From Octopus vulgaris (taxonomy: Eukaryota), in the NCBI GenBank assembly GCA_951406725.2, contig OX597814.1, forward strand, positions 10,168,001 to 10,232,000: 64,000 nt of DNA, written 5' to 3'. Of this stretch, positions 40,495 to 52,916 are shown piece after piece (positions within the stretch are counted from its first letter, which is position 1; every line of letters starts with the position of its first letter). The position numbers were made by a program, and so were the translations under genes. Below the pieces are notes generated by a model, which saw only the letters and a program-made list of their open reading frames with translations, made no database searches and was not told the origin of the DNA.

Positions 40495-41187
40495 GATGTA
40501 TGTGTGTCTCCCTCGCTCTCTCTCTCTGTCTCATTTTTTTTCCACAGTGACCCAGCATTTGGATTACCGAAATATTTCATTGGAAATGTTAGCTATTTTA
40601 ATTATCTCCCGTGCCTTTGTATTGTTTAATTCCGAATAATATTTACTGCCATATGTTCGTTGCCAACGTTCGATATATTTGAGTGACAAACCGGCACAGT
40701 TATTATATTCAGATTTTGTACGTCAGTGAGCTAAGAATAGCTGTTTGACTTTCCATTACCTGTCTCTTTAATCCATTAAAACAACTGCTGTAGCAATAAT
40801 CTGCAGATTAGAACACATTATGGGATACGTTATTATATCTAGTTTGGTATTTCACATAACGTAGTCCTAGCCTTCAATGATTCAATCCTGCTTTTCGAAG
40901 ATAAATATTATAAGTACCTTGCAATCGACAATTGGAATATTAGTTGAGTGGTCAACGGTTTGTGTTCCATCATTGACTTTGAGTGTTCGTAAATGAAAGC
41001 AAGGCGTTTAACTTTCAACGATCGCTTAAGAATGTGGAATTTGTTCTATAAACACACAGTTGTAAGGAGTGTTGAAAGGCCGAGTTCACATTTGTATTCC
41101 GCTGCAGAAGACGATACTTGCAATGTTTCAGTGTGCTATCCAGTGAAGAGTATTTTTCTCGTCTACCTAACCCTTTTACTGCGGAAA

Positions 41188-41572
41188 TCTCTCTATATAT
41201 AAACGGCAGGTTGTCTGTCTGCGTGTCTGTGTGTCTGTTAGGTTGCACCCTCACCCTGACCACGGTTTTCAACCGATTCTAATGAAACTTGACACACACA
41301 TAGCCCAATGTCATAATTCAAAACTAACGCAGCGAAAATTTTGAAAAGTTCCCCCAGTTCTGAAAAAAATCGATAAATTCGACATGGGGTCGAGAATCAG
41401 AAACACAAACCACAGACTGTCTAGGGGACACAACTCGATCTGTTTAACTCTCAAAAAAATATTTACCATGATTTTTTTTCCATTTTTTTGCTATTTTTTG
41501 GCTATAACTCTCTAAAAATGCTTTATAGTTATTTCCCTTACAAACCCGAGCAACGCCAGGCGATACTGCTAG
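41188..41572 (+). mobile_element. Non-autonomous Helitron, complete
   Basis: A|TC start (TCTCTCTATATATAAA), (GTCT)-rich stretch, subterminal GC-rich CCCGAGCAACGCCAGG, end CTAG|T, no TSD. Confidence 0.85.
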
Positions 41573-41752
41573 TCAGATATATCGACACAAAATTTCATTA
41601 CTCTTGATTATGGAAAGAAGTTTTATATATTAATCTATCTTTTATTAAAAATATCATGTTTGAAAAAATTTTTTTGAGATGAGTACATTTATTGAAATAA
41701 CGGGACTTGCAGAAAATACCAATTCTGTTTAATGGTTGATACTTAGAATCAT

Positions 41753-41815
41753 TGATTGATTGATTGATTCTAGTTTCAGCTCACGAGCTGTGGCCATGCT
41801 GGGGCACCGCCATTT
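41753..41815 (-). mobile_element. Very short CR1-group LINE 3' tail with (AATC)n
   Basis: Minus strand AAATGGCGGTGCCCCAGCATGGCCACAGCTCGTGAGCTGAAACTAG-(AATC)4 matches the 3' ends of the LINE fragments at ~37506-37550 and ~39431-39476. Confidence 0.8.
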
Positions 41816-41821
41816 AAAAAA
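41816..41821 (-). terminator. RNA polymerase III oligo-T terminator of tRNA-Leu
   Basis: T6 on the minus strand, following a 6-nt trailer (AGCATC) after the tRNA discriminator base. Confidence 0.75.
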
Positions 41822-41827
41822 GATGCT

Positions 41828-41940
41828 TGTCAGAAGTGGGATTCGAACCCACGCCCACATACGTGGACCAGAATACTCATTGTTCTGGTTAAGGATATTA
41901 TCCTTGAGTCTGGCGCCTTAGACCACTCGGCCATCCTGAC
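41828..41940 (-). tRNA. tRNA-Leu(CAA) with a 29-nt intron (41874-41902)
   Basis: Minus strand reads GTCAGGATGGCCGAGTGGTCTAAGGCGCCAGACTCAAG-[gataatatccttaaccagaacaatgagta]-TTCTGGTCCACGTATGTGGGCGTGGGTTCGAATCCCACTTCTGACA. Acceptor stem GTCAGGA/TTCTGAC, A and B boxes, long variable arm, intron after position 37 with TGAGT able to pair with ACTCA of the anticodon arm; mature length 84 nt. Confidence 0.95.
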
Positions 41941-42160
41941 AGCTGAAATAATCATGAAATTTAATTTTGCACTGTGTGTGTGTGTGTTTATATATAAAGG
42001 CAATTTAGAAAGAATTACCTAAATAACCTTAGTCGCTACTCTGATTCATGTTTAAGCTATTCTTGCAGAGTAAATAGACTTAAAAAGAAAAATGAATATA
42101 TTTCTTGAATTTTTTCTGTTTCCACATTCATTTTATTTTCAATATTCTGTGTAATTTCAG

Positions 42161-42434
42161 GCGGATGTTCCCAACATGTAGGGTATCCTTTTCCGGACTG
42201 GAGACAAACACTAAGTATATGGTTATGATGGACATCGTGCCTGTAGACAGCAAGCGTTATAGATATGCCTATCACAGGTCTTCTTGGTTAGTAGCAGGCA
42301 AAGCTGATCCACCATTACCGACCCGATTTTACGTGCATCCAGATTGTCCTTTTACGGGAGATCAATTACACAAACAGACGGTATCATTTGAGAAACTAAA
42401 GCTGACCAATAACATGTCGGACAAGACTGGACAC
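42161..42434 (+). CDS. tbx20: Tbx20/H15-like T-box transcription factor, internal exon A (N-terminal part of T-box)
   Basis: Acceptor ...gtaatttcag|G at 42160/42161 and donor CAC|gtgagt at 42434/42435. 274 nt encoding [113 protein letters not shown] is characteristic of the Tbx20 subfamily. Confidence 0.95.
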
Positions 42435-43684
42435 GTGAGTCTCAGTAAATACATTTGATTATATATTTAAACGACTATGTCTGCTGTGGAGAGCATTTGG
42501 CTCTTATTGTAAAAATTTAATTCAATAAAATTTATGATAATTTCAGTTGTTCTTAATTCTTAACTTACTGAGAAAATAAGGGGTATCTGTAACATAGCGA
42601 ATCATTGGGGTCCACTAAAAAAAAAAAATTCATTAAAACCTAGTGAGTCTATGGCAACAAAGTGTGCATTAATCAATGTACATAAGACACTAGTTAACAT
42701 TGTAATGTACCGAAACAACAGTTGTACTCCCGATATTTACAACGTTGAACATAAACGAATTATATGATTTATACTTAAGAGCGGATTATTGAAAGGAAGA
42801 TGGCATAACAGTGAATGGGTGCGAATCGATATGACTTCAGTGATTGAATCGCTAAATAATGCAATCTATCCAAATTCAACAAGCCGTTGAAATATCAGTA
42901 CCTGCGAATTCAACTGTAGGAATGAATTTGATGATGCGTACATAATCTTCTAATGAACTGCTTCAAGATGTTTCCATGCAATTACTACTGCTATATCTTA
43001 TCATGCTGATTATGGGTTCTATTGATTTATACAATCGGAAGGACATATAGACTGTAATAATTTACCACATTATCGTCTCGGAAACTTAATAACTAGAAAA
43101 GTGCTTAGTGAAATTTGGAAGATGAAGGTCTCCATCCAGCTAACTAGTTCTAGAGATATTGCAACGAAATATACTTTTCAATAATGCTCTTGCAACTAAA
43201 CAGTTTATGAAATTCACCATGAGATTGTTTGTAAAAACTGGTTATATATATTGATACACTTCTACGCTTCCAGGTGAAATGAAGACACATTCTTACAAAA
43301 CGTCAGGAGATTGTGCAAACCTCTTTCTTTTCTTTGTCAAGCGCTAGACCGTGATGAACCCCTGTACATGTTAAAAACGTCATATCTTGAACTAAATTCA
43401 GTTTCAAGGAAGTTATTAAATCATGACCGCCGCAAATTCAGCAAACAGGTTTTATATTACGAGCAAATATTTGGACGATTAATAAAATGATTTAAGGAGC
43501 ATCAGGTATTTTAATATGGAACCTAATCAATGCCCTCTGATTAATACGCTCTGATTAATATTGCTCTTGATGAATTTTTTTTATCTCATTTTCTGATGAT
43601 ATTAATAATGATGCAAGATTCCATGAACGAAACACAAGTATTTAGTTGAACGTTTCATTCTTATATATTTTCATTATATTCCAG

Positions 43685-43840
43685 ATGATACTTAACTCAA
43701 TGCATAAATATCAGCCACGCGTCCACATAATACGACAGAAGGATTTCTCTTCGCAAACGAAATTAGACACTGCAGAACTGAGAACGTTTATTTTCCAAGA
43801 GACTATTTTCATTGGCGTGACTGCATATCAAAATCAGCTG
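43685..43840 (+). CDS. tbx20: Tbx20-like T-box gene, internal exon B
   Basis: Acceptor ttccag|ATG, donor CTG|gtgagt; 156 nt, phase 0-0, in frame with exon A. Encodes [52 protein letters not shown]. Confidence 0.95.
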
Positions 43841-44160
43841 GTGAGTACTTCGATCATTATTACAGAGTTTGACTAGCAGAATCGTCAGGGTATCGAACAA
43901 AATATTTTGCTGCATTGACGTTCTTTTTTGTTTCTTTTTATGTCAGTCACAAAAATCATTCCTGCCGTTAGGATTGTGAATAATCTTGGCAATAATATAT
44001 TGTCTCATGGAAAGACATTAACTTGCGAAAAAATTTGGGCAGTTTGTGATTATGTGGGTGATATCAACATTTCTATCAAAGTGTATTAGCAACGATGTAA
44101 TGTATGTAGCACAGTTCCAAAACAGTTTAAATTTCCGGTCAATATTACTTGTATGCCTAA

Positions 44161-44460
44161 GGCGGCGAGCTAGCAGAAACGTTAGCACGCCGGGCGAAAT
44201 GATTAGTGGTATTTCGCCTGCCGCTACGTTCTGAGTTCAAATTCCGCCGAGGTCGACTTTGCCTTTCATCCTTTCGGGGTCGATAAATTAAGTACAAGTT
44301 AAGCACTGGGGTCGATATAATCGACTTAATACCTATGTCTGTCCTTGTTTGTCCCCTCTATGTTTAGCCCCTTGTGGGTAATAAAGAAATAGGTATTTCG
44401 CCTGCCGCTACGTTCTGAGTTCAAATTCCGCCGAAGTTGACTTTGCCTTTCATCATCCTT
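44161..44460 (+). mobile_element. Nin/Deu-domain SINE (family 2) plus a partial tandem unit
   Basis: Full copy at 44161-44392 followed by re-entry at GGTATTTCGCCTGCCGCTACGTTCTGAG. Confidence 0.9.
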
Positions 44461-45020
44461 ACGTTGACCAGATCCTAAGACCCCACATCGCGCCCTTCTT
44501 CGCAAGTCACCATAGCCATGTGTTCCAGCAGGACAATGCTCCCTCCCACACGGCCAGCGTTACCATAGACTTCCTGCGGCAGCACAACATCAGGACCATG
44601 CCGTGGCCGGCTCTTAGTCCGGATTTGGACCCAATTGAACACCTGTGGGAAGAAATCCAGTGAGGGCTGAATCAGGTGGTCCCAAGCCCGACAACTCGTG
44701 TGGAACTGGAGGCGGCTCTCCTCAGGGTGTGGACACCGGTGCCAATGGCTTTTCTCAACCGCCTCATGCACTCCATCTACTGACGGTGTAAGGCCATAGT
44801 GAACATCCAAAGAAGGCATGCACTGTATTGAACATGTTACACCCTACAATATCGATGTGTTGGATCCGCCCACTAGCGAAACGCATGACAACGACACATA
44901 CACTGGTGAAATACTTCCAAGAAATTGATTTTATCAGATTTATCAACATTTATCTCAGACATAATGAAATTGAAACATATTTCACAGCCACACACGTCTC
45001 GCGTTTCTTTTGCGGTTCAG
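44461..45020 (+). mobile_element. Tc1-like (DD34E) transposon, 3' half
   Basis: FQQDNAPSHTASVTIDFLRQHNIRTMPWPALSPDLDPIEHLWEEI; right end TTTCTTTTGCGGTTCAG|TA. Confidence 0.85.
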
Positions 45021-45305
45021 TATATATATATATATAGATATCATATATTTTAGAATAACAATAGCGGATTCATTGGCACAAAATACGTTAACATCTCAGA
45101 TTCAGGGATTTTATTTGAAGTCCTTTTTGTCGGGTTCTTTAATCGAAGAAAATTTTGCTTAAATTCTACCGTATTTGTCAACATATTGTAGAAAAATATA
45201 GGCATACATTACATCAAACCACGAATCAAAAATCATGCGTATCAATCAAGCTACGTATACATACACAGATACATATATACACATACATATATATCTGTGT
45301 GTGTG

Positions 45306-45355
<50 letters not shown>

Positions 45356-45444
45356 CACATATACAGATATACATATGAAGATAAACATATAAAGTTATAT
45401 ATATAAATTAAATTCACACGTATATGCACATACGTATATGTGTG

Positions 45445-45495
<51 letters not shown>

Positions 45496-45520
45496 GTATA
45501 TGTATATATATCTATATCTA

Positions 45521-45556
<36 letters not shown>

Positions 45557-46241
45557 AATACATATATATTTGTGTGTGTACGTTTATTGACGTGTATTCG
45601 TGCGTGTGTGTGAGTAGTGAAAATATAATTTAGCAAGGAAGGGGCTTATAAATGAGAGAGAGCTGGGAAGAGGGGAGACAGAGATAGATATATAGATAGA
45701 GAGAGAAAAAGACAGGGAGATAGAGGAGGAGAAGGAGACAATGAAACGTAAAAAAAAAAATCGTGAGTGAATGCGAGAGCGATAGAAAAAGAAAACAAAA
45801 GCGCGGAGGAGATTTTAAGCAAGATATTAATGACTGTTTCTAATAAAGCCTTGGTAAATAAATTCAATAACATCTGGTTCAAAGTTATTGGCAGACATTA
45901 CAGACTGCAGAAATATAACAATTATGTAACAGATTTATATAGTGACAGACAGAGAAATTGTAGTGTAGGTCGGTGTATTGATGTAATCATACGGCGCGAA
46001 TTGAGGTAGTCATACATCAATACACACAAGCATGTATATATATTATTTGCACATATGCATATATATATATATATATATATATATAAACGTGCGTGCAGAC
46101 ACAGACTGACAGATAGACGCATACACACATACATACAAATATATAAATGTATATATATATATATATATATACACAGATGTTAATGTGTGAGTATGCGTAT
46201 AATAAATGTATGTGTATATATATGTTAACACACAAATACAT

Positions 46242-46297
<56 letters not shown>

Positions 46298-46339
46298 TGA
46301 TATACACGCACATGGAAATGTGTGCGTGTATATACATAT

Positions 46340-46370
<31 letters not shown>

Positions 46371-46420
46371 ATATATATATGTATGCATATATATGTGTGC
46401 GTATATATACTACATATATT

Positions 46421-46472
<52 letters not shown>

Positions 46473-46490
46473 TGCATATATATGTGTGCG

Positions 46491-46557
<67 letters not shown>

Positions 46558-47106
46558 GTATGCATATACATGTATATGTATTTATATACACATGTATATA
46601 TACATAAACATATACATGTGTATATGTGTAAATATATATTCATATGTATATACACATATATATATACATATATATTTACATACGTAGATACAACGCACGT
46701 GTAGATATTCATATACGAAAATTAAAAAAAAGGAAAATGTGTTAGCGATGGCGGTGACAGAGCCAGGGATTAATGAGGAATAGCTTTTGTATATACTAAA
46801 TAATTCACTTGAAACATTCACGCAAGTGATGAATCCATGATCAGTTATAATGCCTCAGTCATATTGAGTAATCTTGTTAAAATAGCTTTTATTGATATAA
46901 CAGATGCTACGCCTATCATGCATACGTACACGCATATCTTTATATTTATGTATATATATACGTATGTGTGTGTGTGTTTATACCTATGTACATACGTAGT
47001 TCTGTAGTGGTATTTGTTTCTGATTACATGCATTCTAGTTATTCTATTATTCCATTTATTATATAATCTTGTTCTCTCTGCCTCACTATTTGGTCTTCTA
47101 TTTCAG

Positions 47107-47183
47107 ATTACTAAACTGAAAATAGACAGCAACCCGTTTGCAAAAGGATTCCGAGATTCGACGAGACTGAGCGACTATGAAAG
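47107..47183 (+). CDS. tbx20: Tbx20-like T-box gene, internal exon C (end of T-box)
   Basis: Acceptor tttcag|ATT; encodes ITKLKIDSNPFAKGFRDSTRLSDYE(R). The 3' boundary is inferred at AAG|gccagt (GC donor). Without splicing the frame runs into low-complexity sequence and stops at 47256. Confidence 0.9.
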
Positions 47184-47312
47184 GCCAGTGGAAAATGTTA
47201 TCTATTTAATTCATACATACATGCATACACACACATATATATTCATATGTAACTAAAAATGCACATATTCATATATATATATATATACGTAAAAATACCT
47301 ATATACATATAT

Positions 47313-47343
<31 letters not shown>

Positions 47344-47344
47344 G

Positions 47345-47545
47345 GTGCAGGAGTGGCAAATAAACGCAGGAGTGGTATATAGACGCAGGAGTGGCTATGT
47401 GATAAATAGCTTGCTTACCAATCACATGGTTCCGGTTTCAGTCCCAATGCGTGACACCTTCGGCAAGTGTCTTCTACTATAGTTTAGGGCCAACCAAAGC
47501 CTTGTGAGTGGAATTGGTAGACGGCAACTGAAAGAAACTTGTAGT
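47345..47545 (+). mobile_element. CORE-type SINE (family 1), 5' half with a triplicated start
   Basis: GCAGGAGTGG three times, then family 1 head and GACACCTTCGGCAAGTGTCTTCTACTATAG. Confidence 0.8.
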
Positions 47546-47558
47546 ATCTGTGTATATA

Positions 47559-47601
47559 GTGAACAGGTCGCGGATTTTAGCGACGAAAATATTTTGACAA
47601 A
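47559..47601 (+). ncRNA. Minimal type I hammerhead with a G3-C8 core variant (5' strand of helix I truncated)
   Basis: GTGAACA-G-GTCGC(GGATTTTA)GCGAC-GAAA-ATAT-TT-tgacaaa. The sister copy at 31221-31271 supplies the complementary 5' strand tttgtca. Confidence 0.6.
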
Positions 47602-47741
47602 TTAAACTTAAATGTTGAAGTGAATCGAACGGTTTTTGTATGTTTCTTAAATGGCTTATAAACACCTTCCACGCTGCAATTGTTTTCGTTTCAGCACACG
47701 ATCTCAGATCAAATTACTTGTTATGCGAGTACATCTCTGTA

Positions 47742-47857
<116 letters not shown>

Positions 47858-48769
47858 ATGCATATGTTTGTGTGTCAGTGTTTGTTCCCACAACCTCGCT
47901 TCACAACCGGTGCTGGTGTATATAAATAATATGTATGTAATATAAATAATATAAATAAATGCATACATACATTCATATATGTACATACCTACATATATAT
48001 ATGTATACATACATGCATATGTATATATACGCCTCAAAAATAAAAACGTGAGCAAAATGAAAAACAGGAACATAAACAAACAAAAAAGTGGAAAACGAGC
48101 ATTTTGCGAACAACGATAGAAATAAATAGATAAACGAGACAGGCAACATAAAGAACAATTCCTTAATCAGTTGTCTCCCGTTTTAACTACTCCGCGTTCG
48201 AAGGTTGGGACAAGACGCGACTTCGTTAAAACAGTCGTTCCCGCAAAGCAAATGAAAAAAAATTTGGGATTTTGCATAAGGTTAAAGTGGTAACAAAAAC
48301 AGGACAGTAAGAACAAAATAGTAAAACGAAACGGTGAGGGATGTTAAGCTATAACAAGGTAAAGTGGTGAATGCTGGAGAAAGGAGCTATGACAGGAGAC
48401 AGGCAAAAGTAGGTCTTATCTTTTGTAAAGCAAGAGGAAGAAAGAACGATAGTCGCTGGTCACGTGTGAGCAACGAGAAGTCGAGAAAGAGGAAAGACAG
48501 TAAGCAGGTGTATTAGTTTAACGCTCAGGAAGAATGGAAATGTCTCTGAACCTACGCTCTTCGGCAGAAAGGATTGGGAGAGTAAAAACAACGGAGAGAG
48601 AAAAAATGAATAAGGATTAACGGTTCACTATAATGAAATGGCCCTTACATACATACATAAATTTTCAAAAACATTCAAGGATACAATAATCTGTACTTTC
48701 AGCTATAGCTCTCTAAACAATTTTAAGTGGTACACACAAATAGTGTTCGCCTAATATTATGCCCTGTGA

Positions 48770-49100
48770 AGGCGCATGGCTCAGTGGTTAGAGCATAGAG
48801 CTTACGATCGTGAGATTGTGAGTTCGATTCCCGGACTGGGCTGTGTGTTGTATTCTTGAGCAAGACACTTTATTTCACGTTGTTCTAGTTAGCTGTAGAA
48901 ATGAGTTGCAACGTCACTGGTGCCAAGCACTATCGGCCTTTGCCTTTCTCTTGGATAACATCATTGGTGTGGAGAGGAGAGGCCGGTGTGAATGGGCGAC
49001 TGCTAACCTTCTACAAACAATCTTGCTCTGACTTGTGCCTCGGAGGGTAACTTTGTAGGTGCAATCACATGGTCATTCATGACCAAAGGGTGTCTCCTCC
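48770..49100 (+). mobile_element. tRNA-derived SINE
   Basis: A box TGGCTCAGTGG, B box GAGTTCGATTCCC, then TTCTTGAGCAAGACACTTTATTTCACGTTG shared with 55632-55872. Confidence 0.8.
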
Positions 49101-49696
49101 TCCTCAGCAATATTATGCTTAACGTAGGTTACGCTTTTCTTCGATTCAATAAATGAGCACTCTCACACTAACCATAGCTAGATGTAAAAGTTGAAGATGC
49201 ATAACCATTAAGTTAGCATGAGCTGTTCAGCAAATAATACAAAGTATAACACATAATCGTACATTACTTAATGGGAAGGATTTTTCTAATGTTGACAACA
49301 CTAAACTGGGGAGAAGAACCTGTCATCGTTTTATATGTCGGTCTTGCTCTCTGCCTAACAGAACATATACATATGTAACAGAGTCATTTTCACAGAGAAT
49401 TTAGAAGTAACAAGTTGGTGCTGTTAGCTCCATATTTGTCCTAACGCAGTGAACTCTTGATTAAATGTATTTCAACCGCGACCATCCTGTTTTTTTCCTA
49501 AGAAAAAGAAATTTGAATTGAAGGAGAATCAGCAGCTGTGTGTAGTAAGTCAACCACTGCGGCTCCCTCGTTAGCTCACGGTGAAGTGTCTTGATTATAC
49601 TTCTTTTTCTTTTCTCGTCTTTAGTCTCGCTAAGAATGTCCGCATGTAGCAATTAGATCTCGAGACGTTATTTCTAAAATGCTAGAGTATAAAACG

Positions 49697-50082
49697 TTGT
49701 GGCACTCCGTCGGTTACGACGACCAGGGTTCCCGCTGATACGATCAACGGAACAGCCTGCTCGTGAAATTAACGTGCAAGTGGATGAGCACTAAACAGAC
49801 ACGTGTACCCTTAACGTAGTTCTCGGGGAGATTCAGCGTGACACAAAGTGTGACAATGCTGACCCTTCGAAATACAGGTACAACAGAAACAAGAAGAAAA
49901 AGTGAGAGGAAGTTGTGGGGAAAGAGTACAGGAGGGTTCGCCACCAGCCCCTGCAGGAGACCCGTGAAGCTTTAAGCGTTTTCGTTCAATAAACATTCAC
50001 AACATCCGATCTGGGAATCGAAACTGCGATCCTACGACCACGAATCCACTACCCTAACCAGTGGGACATTGCGCCTCCACCG
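49697..50082 (-). mobile_element. tRNA-derived SINE (family 3)
   Basis: Minus head GGTGGAGGCGCAATGTCCCACTGGTTAGGG...GTTTCGATTCCC; tail GTCGTCGTAACCGACGGAGTGCCACAAC; second copy at 11285-11570. Confidence 0.8.
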
Positions 50083-50122
50083 TTTAAAACGTACACCAAA
50101 GGAAATAATTATATCTTACATA

Positions 50123-50280
50123 GGCGCTGGTTGTGTAGTAAGCAGTTTGCTTTCCGACTACAGGTTTCTGAGTTCAGTTCCACTGTACGAGATCTTGGGC
50201 AAGTGACTTCTACTACAGCCCCGGGCCGATCAAATTACTGAGTGGATTTGATAGGCAAGAACTGAAAGGAGTCCGTCGTC
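50123..50280 (+). mobile_element. CORE-type SINE (family 1), 5' half
   Basis: GAGTTCAGTTCCACTG...TCTTGGGCAAGTGACTTCTACTACAGCC...GAGTGGATTTG. Confidence 0.7.
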
Positions 50281-50330
50281 TGTACACACACACACACATA
50301 CACACACACACACAGACACACACACACACA

Positions 50331-50374
<44 letters not shown>

Positions 50375-50537
50375 AAGACAATAAATTGGGAAGCGGTGAC
50401 GAGTGACAATTCTCTAAATACAGATGAAGGGACAAGCCCGTGTATTAGTTTAACGCTCGGTTAGAATGGAAAAGTCTTTGAGCCTACGTTCAAGCTTATA
50501 AACATCATTATTTACAGGATATATATAAATACAGTGT

Positions 50538-50582
<45 letters not shown>

Positions 50583-50934
50583 GGTGTGTGTCTCATTATC
50601 ACTTCACAAACTGGTGATTCAGTGAAAATATAGAATAGTACCAGATTTTAAAAAAATGTATTGGGGTCGATTTGGGGTTTATGGTTGTGTACCTCACCAC
50701 AGACACTGTGAAGTAACTAAAACAATTTAAGGATAAAAAAATATACGATAAAAGATAGGAATAACACCGAAAATTTTAAGAAGAAACAATTGGTTTTATC
50801 AAACACCGTAAATGACTTGTACTTTATTTCATCGGCCCTCTTTGAAGAATGAAAACTAAAGTCAGGATCTGCAGGATATGAACTTAGGAACACCACAAAC
50901 AAAATAAAAGCAAAAATATACTGAAAATTACGAA

Positions 50935-51325
50935 GACAGGCATGGCTGTGTGTTAAGAAAATTGCTTCAAAACCACACGGTTCAGGGTTCAGTTCCACTG
51001 CGTGGCATTTTGGGTGATTGACTTCTACTATAGCCTCGGGCCAACCAATGATTTGTGAGTGAATTTTGTAGACGGAAACTGAAAGAAACCCGTCGTATAT
51101 ATACATGCATATCTATCTATCTATCAACCTTTGTGTCTGTGTTTATCTCCTCCATCAGCGTTTGAGAACCGGTGCTGGTGTGTTTGTGTCCGAAAGACCA
51201 ATAGAATGAGTACTACGTTTTAAAAAAATGTCCTGAGGTGCATTTGTTCGACTAAAACCCTTCAAGGCGGTGCTCCAGCATGGTCACAGTCAAATGATTG
51301 GAACAAGTAAAAGAGTAAAAAAGAA
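50935..51325 (+). mobile_element. CORE-type SINE (family 1)
   Basis: Head through to tail GGCGGTGCTCCAGCATGGTCACAGTCAAATGATTGGAACAAGTAAAAGAG. Confidence 0.85.
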
Positions 51326-52430
51326 TAAACAGGCTGTTTGTTTCATTCCCCCTCTTTAAAGAGCTTTTTTTTTAAAAAAAAAACAAACAGATGGGAATTG
51401 AAAATAAAAAGAATTGTATAAAGAACTACAATGAATAACCAATGAGATTTAACTAAACCACTTATAAAACTCCATATAAATGCACACAACAAGTATAACA
51501 TTCACATTAAATTGAGGGAAGAAACAGAAACAAATAGAAAACTACGTGCAATATGAGCAATAACAATAGGAAATGGCGGATATAAAAAACATCCGGAATT
51601 AAAAAGGAAAACAACAAAACAATAACAAACGCGATTAGCAAGTTCTACAAAACAACAGAAGTAACAACACTAACAACAACTACGACAACAACAACAACAA
51701 CAACAACAATGATAACAACAACAATAATAATAGTAATAATGTTAATAAGGCTAATAATAATGATTTCTTTATTCAATGATAATAATAATAATAATAATGA
51801 TAATAGTAATAATAAAAGCAAACAAAAGCGATACCAATGATATATATATATATGTATGTATGTATGTATGTATGCATGTATGTATGTATGCATGTATGTA
51901 TGTATGTATGTATGTATGTATGTATGTATGTGTATTTATATATATATATATATGTTTGTATACATGCATATATATATGCATGTATATATGTATATATATG
52001 TATATATTTATATATGTATATATGTATATACATATGTGTGTATATGTATATACATACATACATACATACATACATACATACATACATACATACATACATA
52101 CATACATACATACATACATACATACATACATACACTTGTGGTACTGATGATGATAATGAGGTGGGGATGGCGGTGACGATGCTCATGATGGCGACACTGA
52201 TGATGCTGATGATGGCGACGGTGGTGATTATAATGAAAGGAAACGAAAGTGAAGCGGAGAGAAACAGAAAATTAAAAATAGCGTGGTTGAGGGTCGAAGG
52301 TTGGGTGTGGCACGCAACTGCCCACATAACTGCCCACTAACTGCCCGCTAACAGCTTTTGTGGTTAGAGCGATTTTTTTTTCCTAATGACTCAATTAAAA
52401 CTGATGCTTCAATTCACAGGACAGTGATTA

Positions 52431-52490
<60 letters not shown>

Positions 52491-52883
52491 GTTGTTGTTG
52501 TTGTTGTTGTTGTTGTTATTATCGTTGTCGTTGTTGCTGTTGTTGTCCCTTTGCGTCCAAAACAACATAATACACAATGAATTAAACAAGACGACGACCC
52601 CACTCGACACCCCTTCACGGGCTCTCTCTCTCTCTCCATCTGTCTGTCTGTCTGTCTATCTCTTTTCTGTTTTCTATTTCTTTTCATATTCCCATTCCTG
52701 ACTTTCTTTTCTCCCTACATCAGCATCCCTCTGATACACACATATATACATATATACATACATACATACATATACACACACACACACATATATATATATA
52801 TACATATATATATATGCATATTTATATATATATATATATATATATACACAGACACATATATATACATATATACATATATATAC

Positions 52884-52916
<33 letters not shown>

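Noticed and set aside
42590-43500. Possible decayed hAT transposase in the exon A-B intron
   Set aside because: Only a faint ALATK...VKT-like stretch; no TIRs or TSD could be defined.
44677-44715. GGTCCCAAGCCCG resembling a twister ribozyme loop
   Set aside because: Lies in the Tc1 transposase coding remnant; the other twister helices could not be formed.
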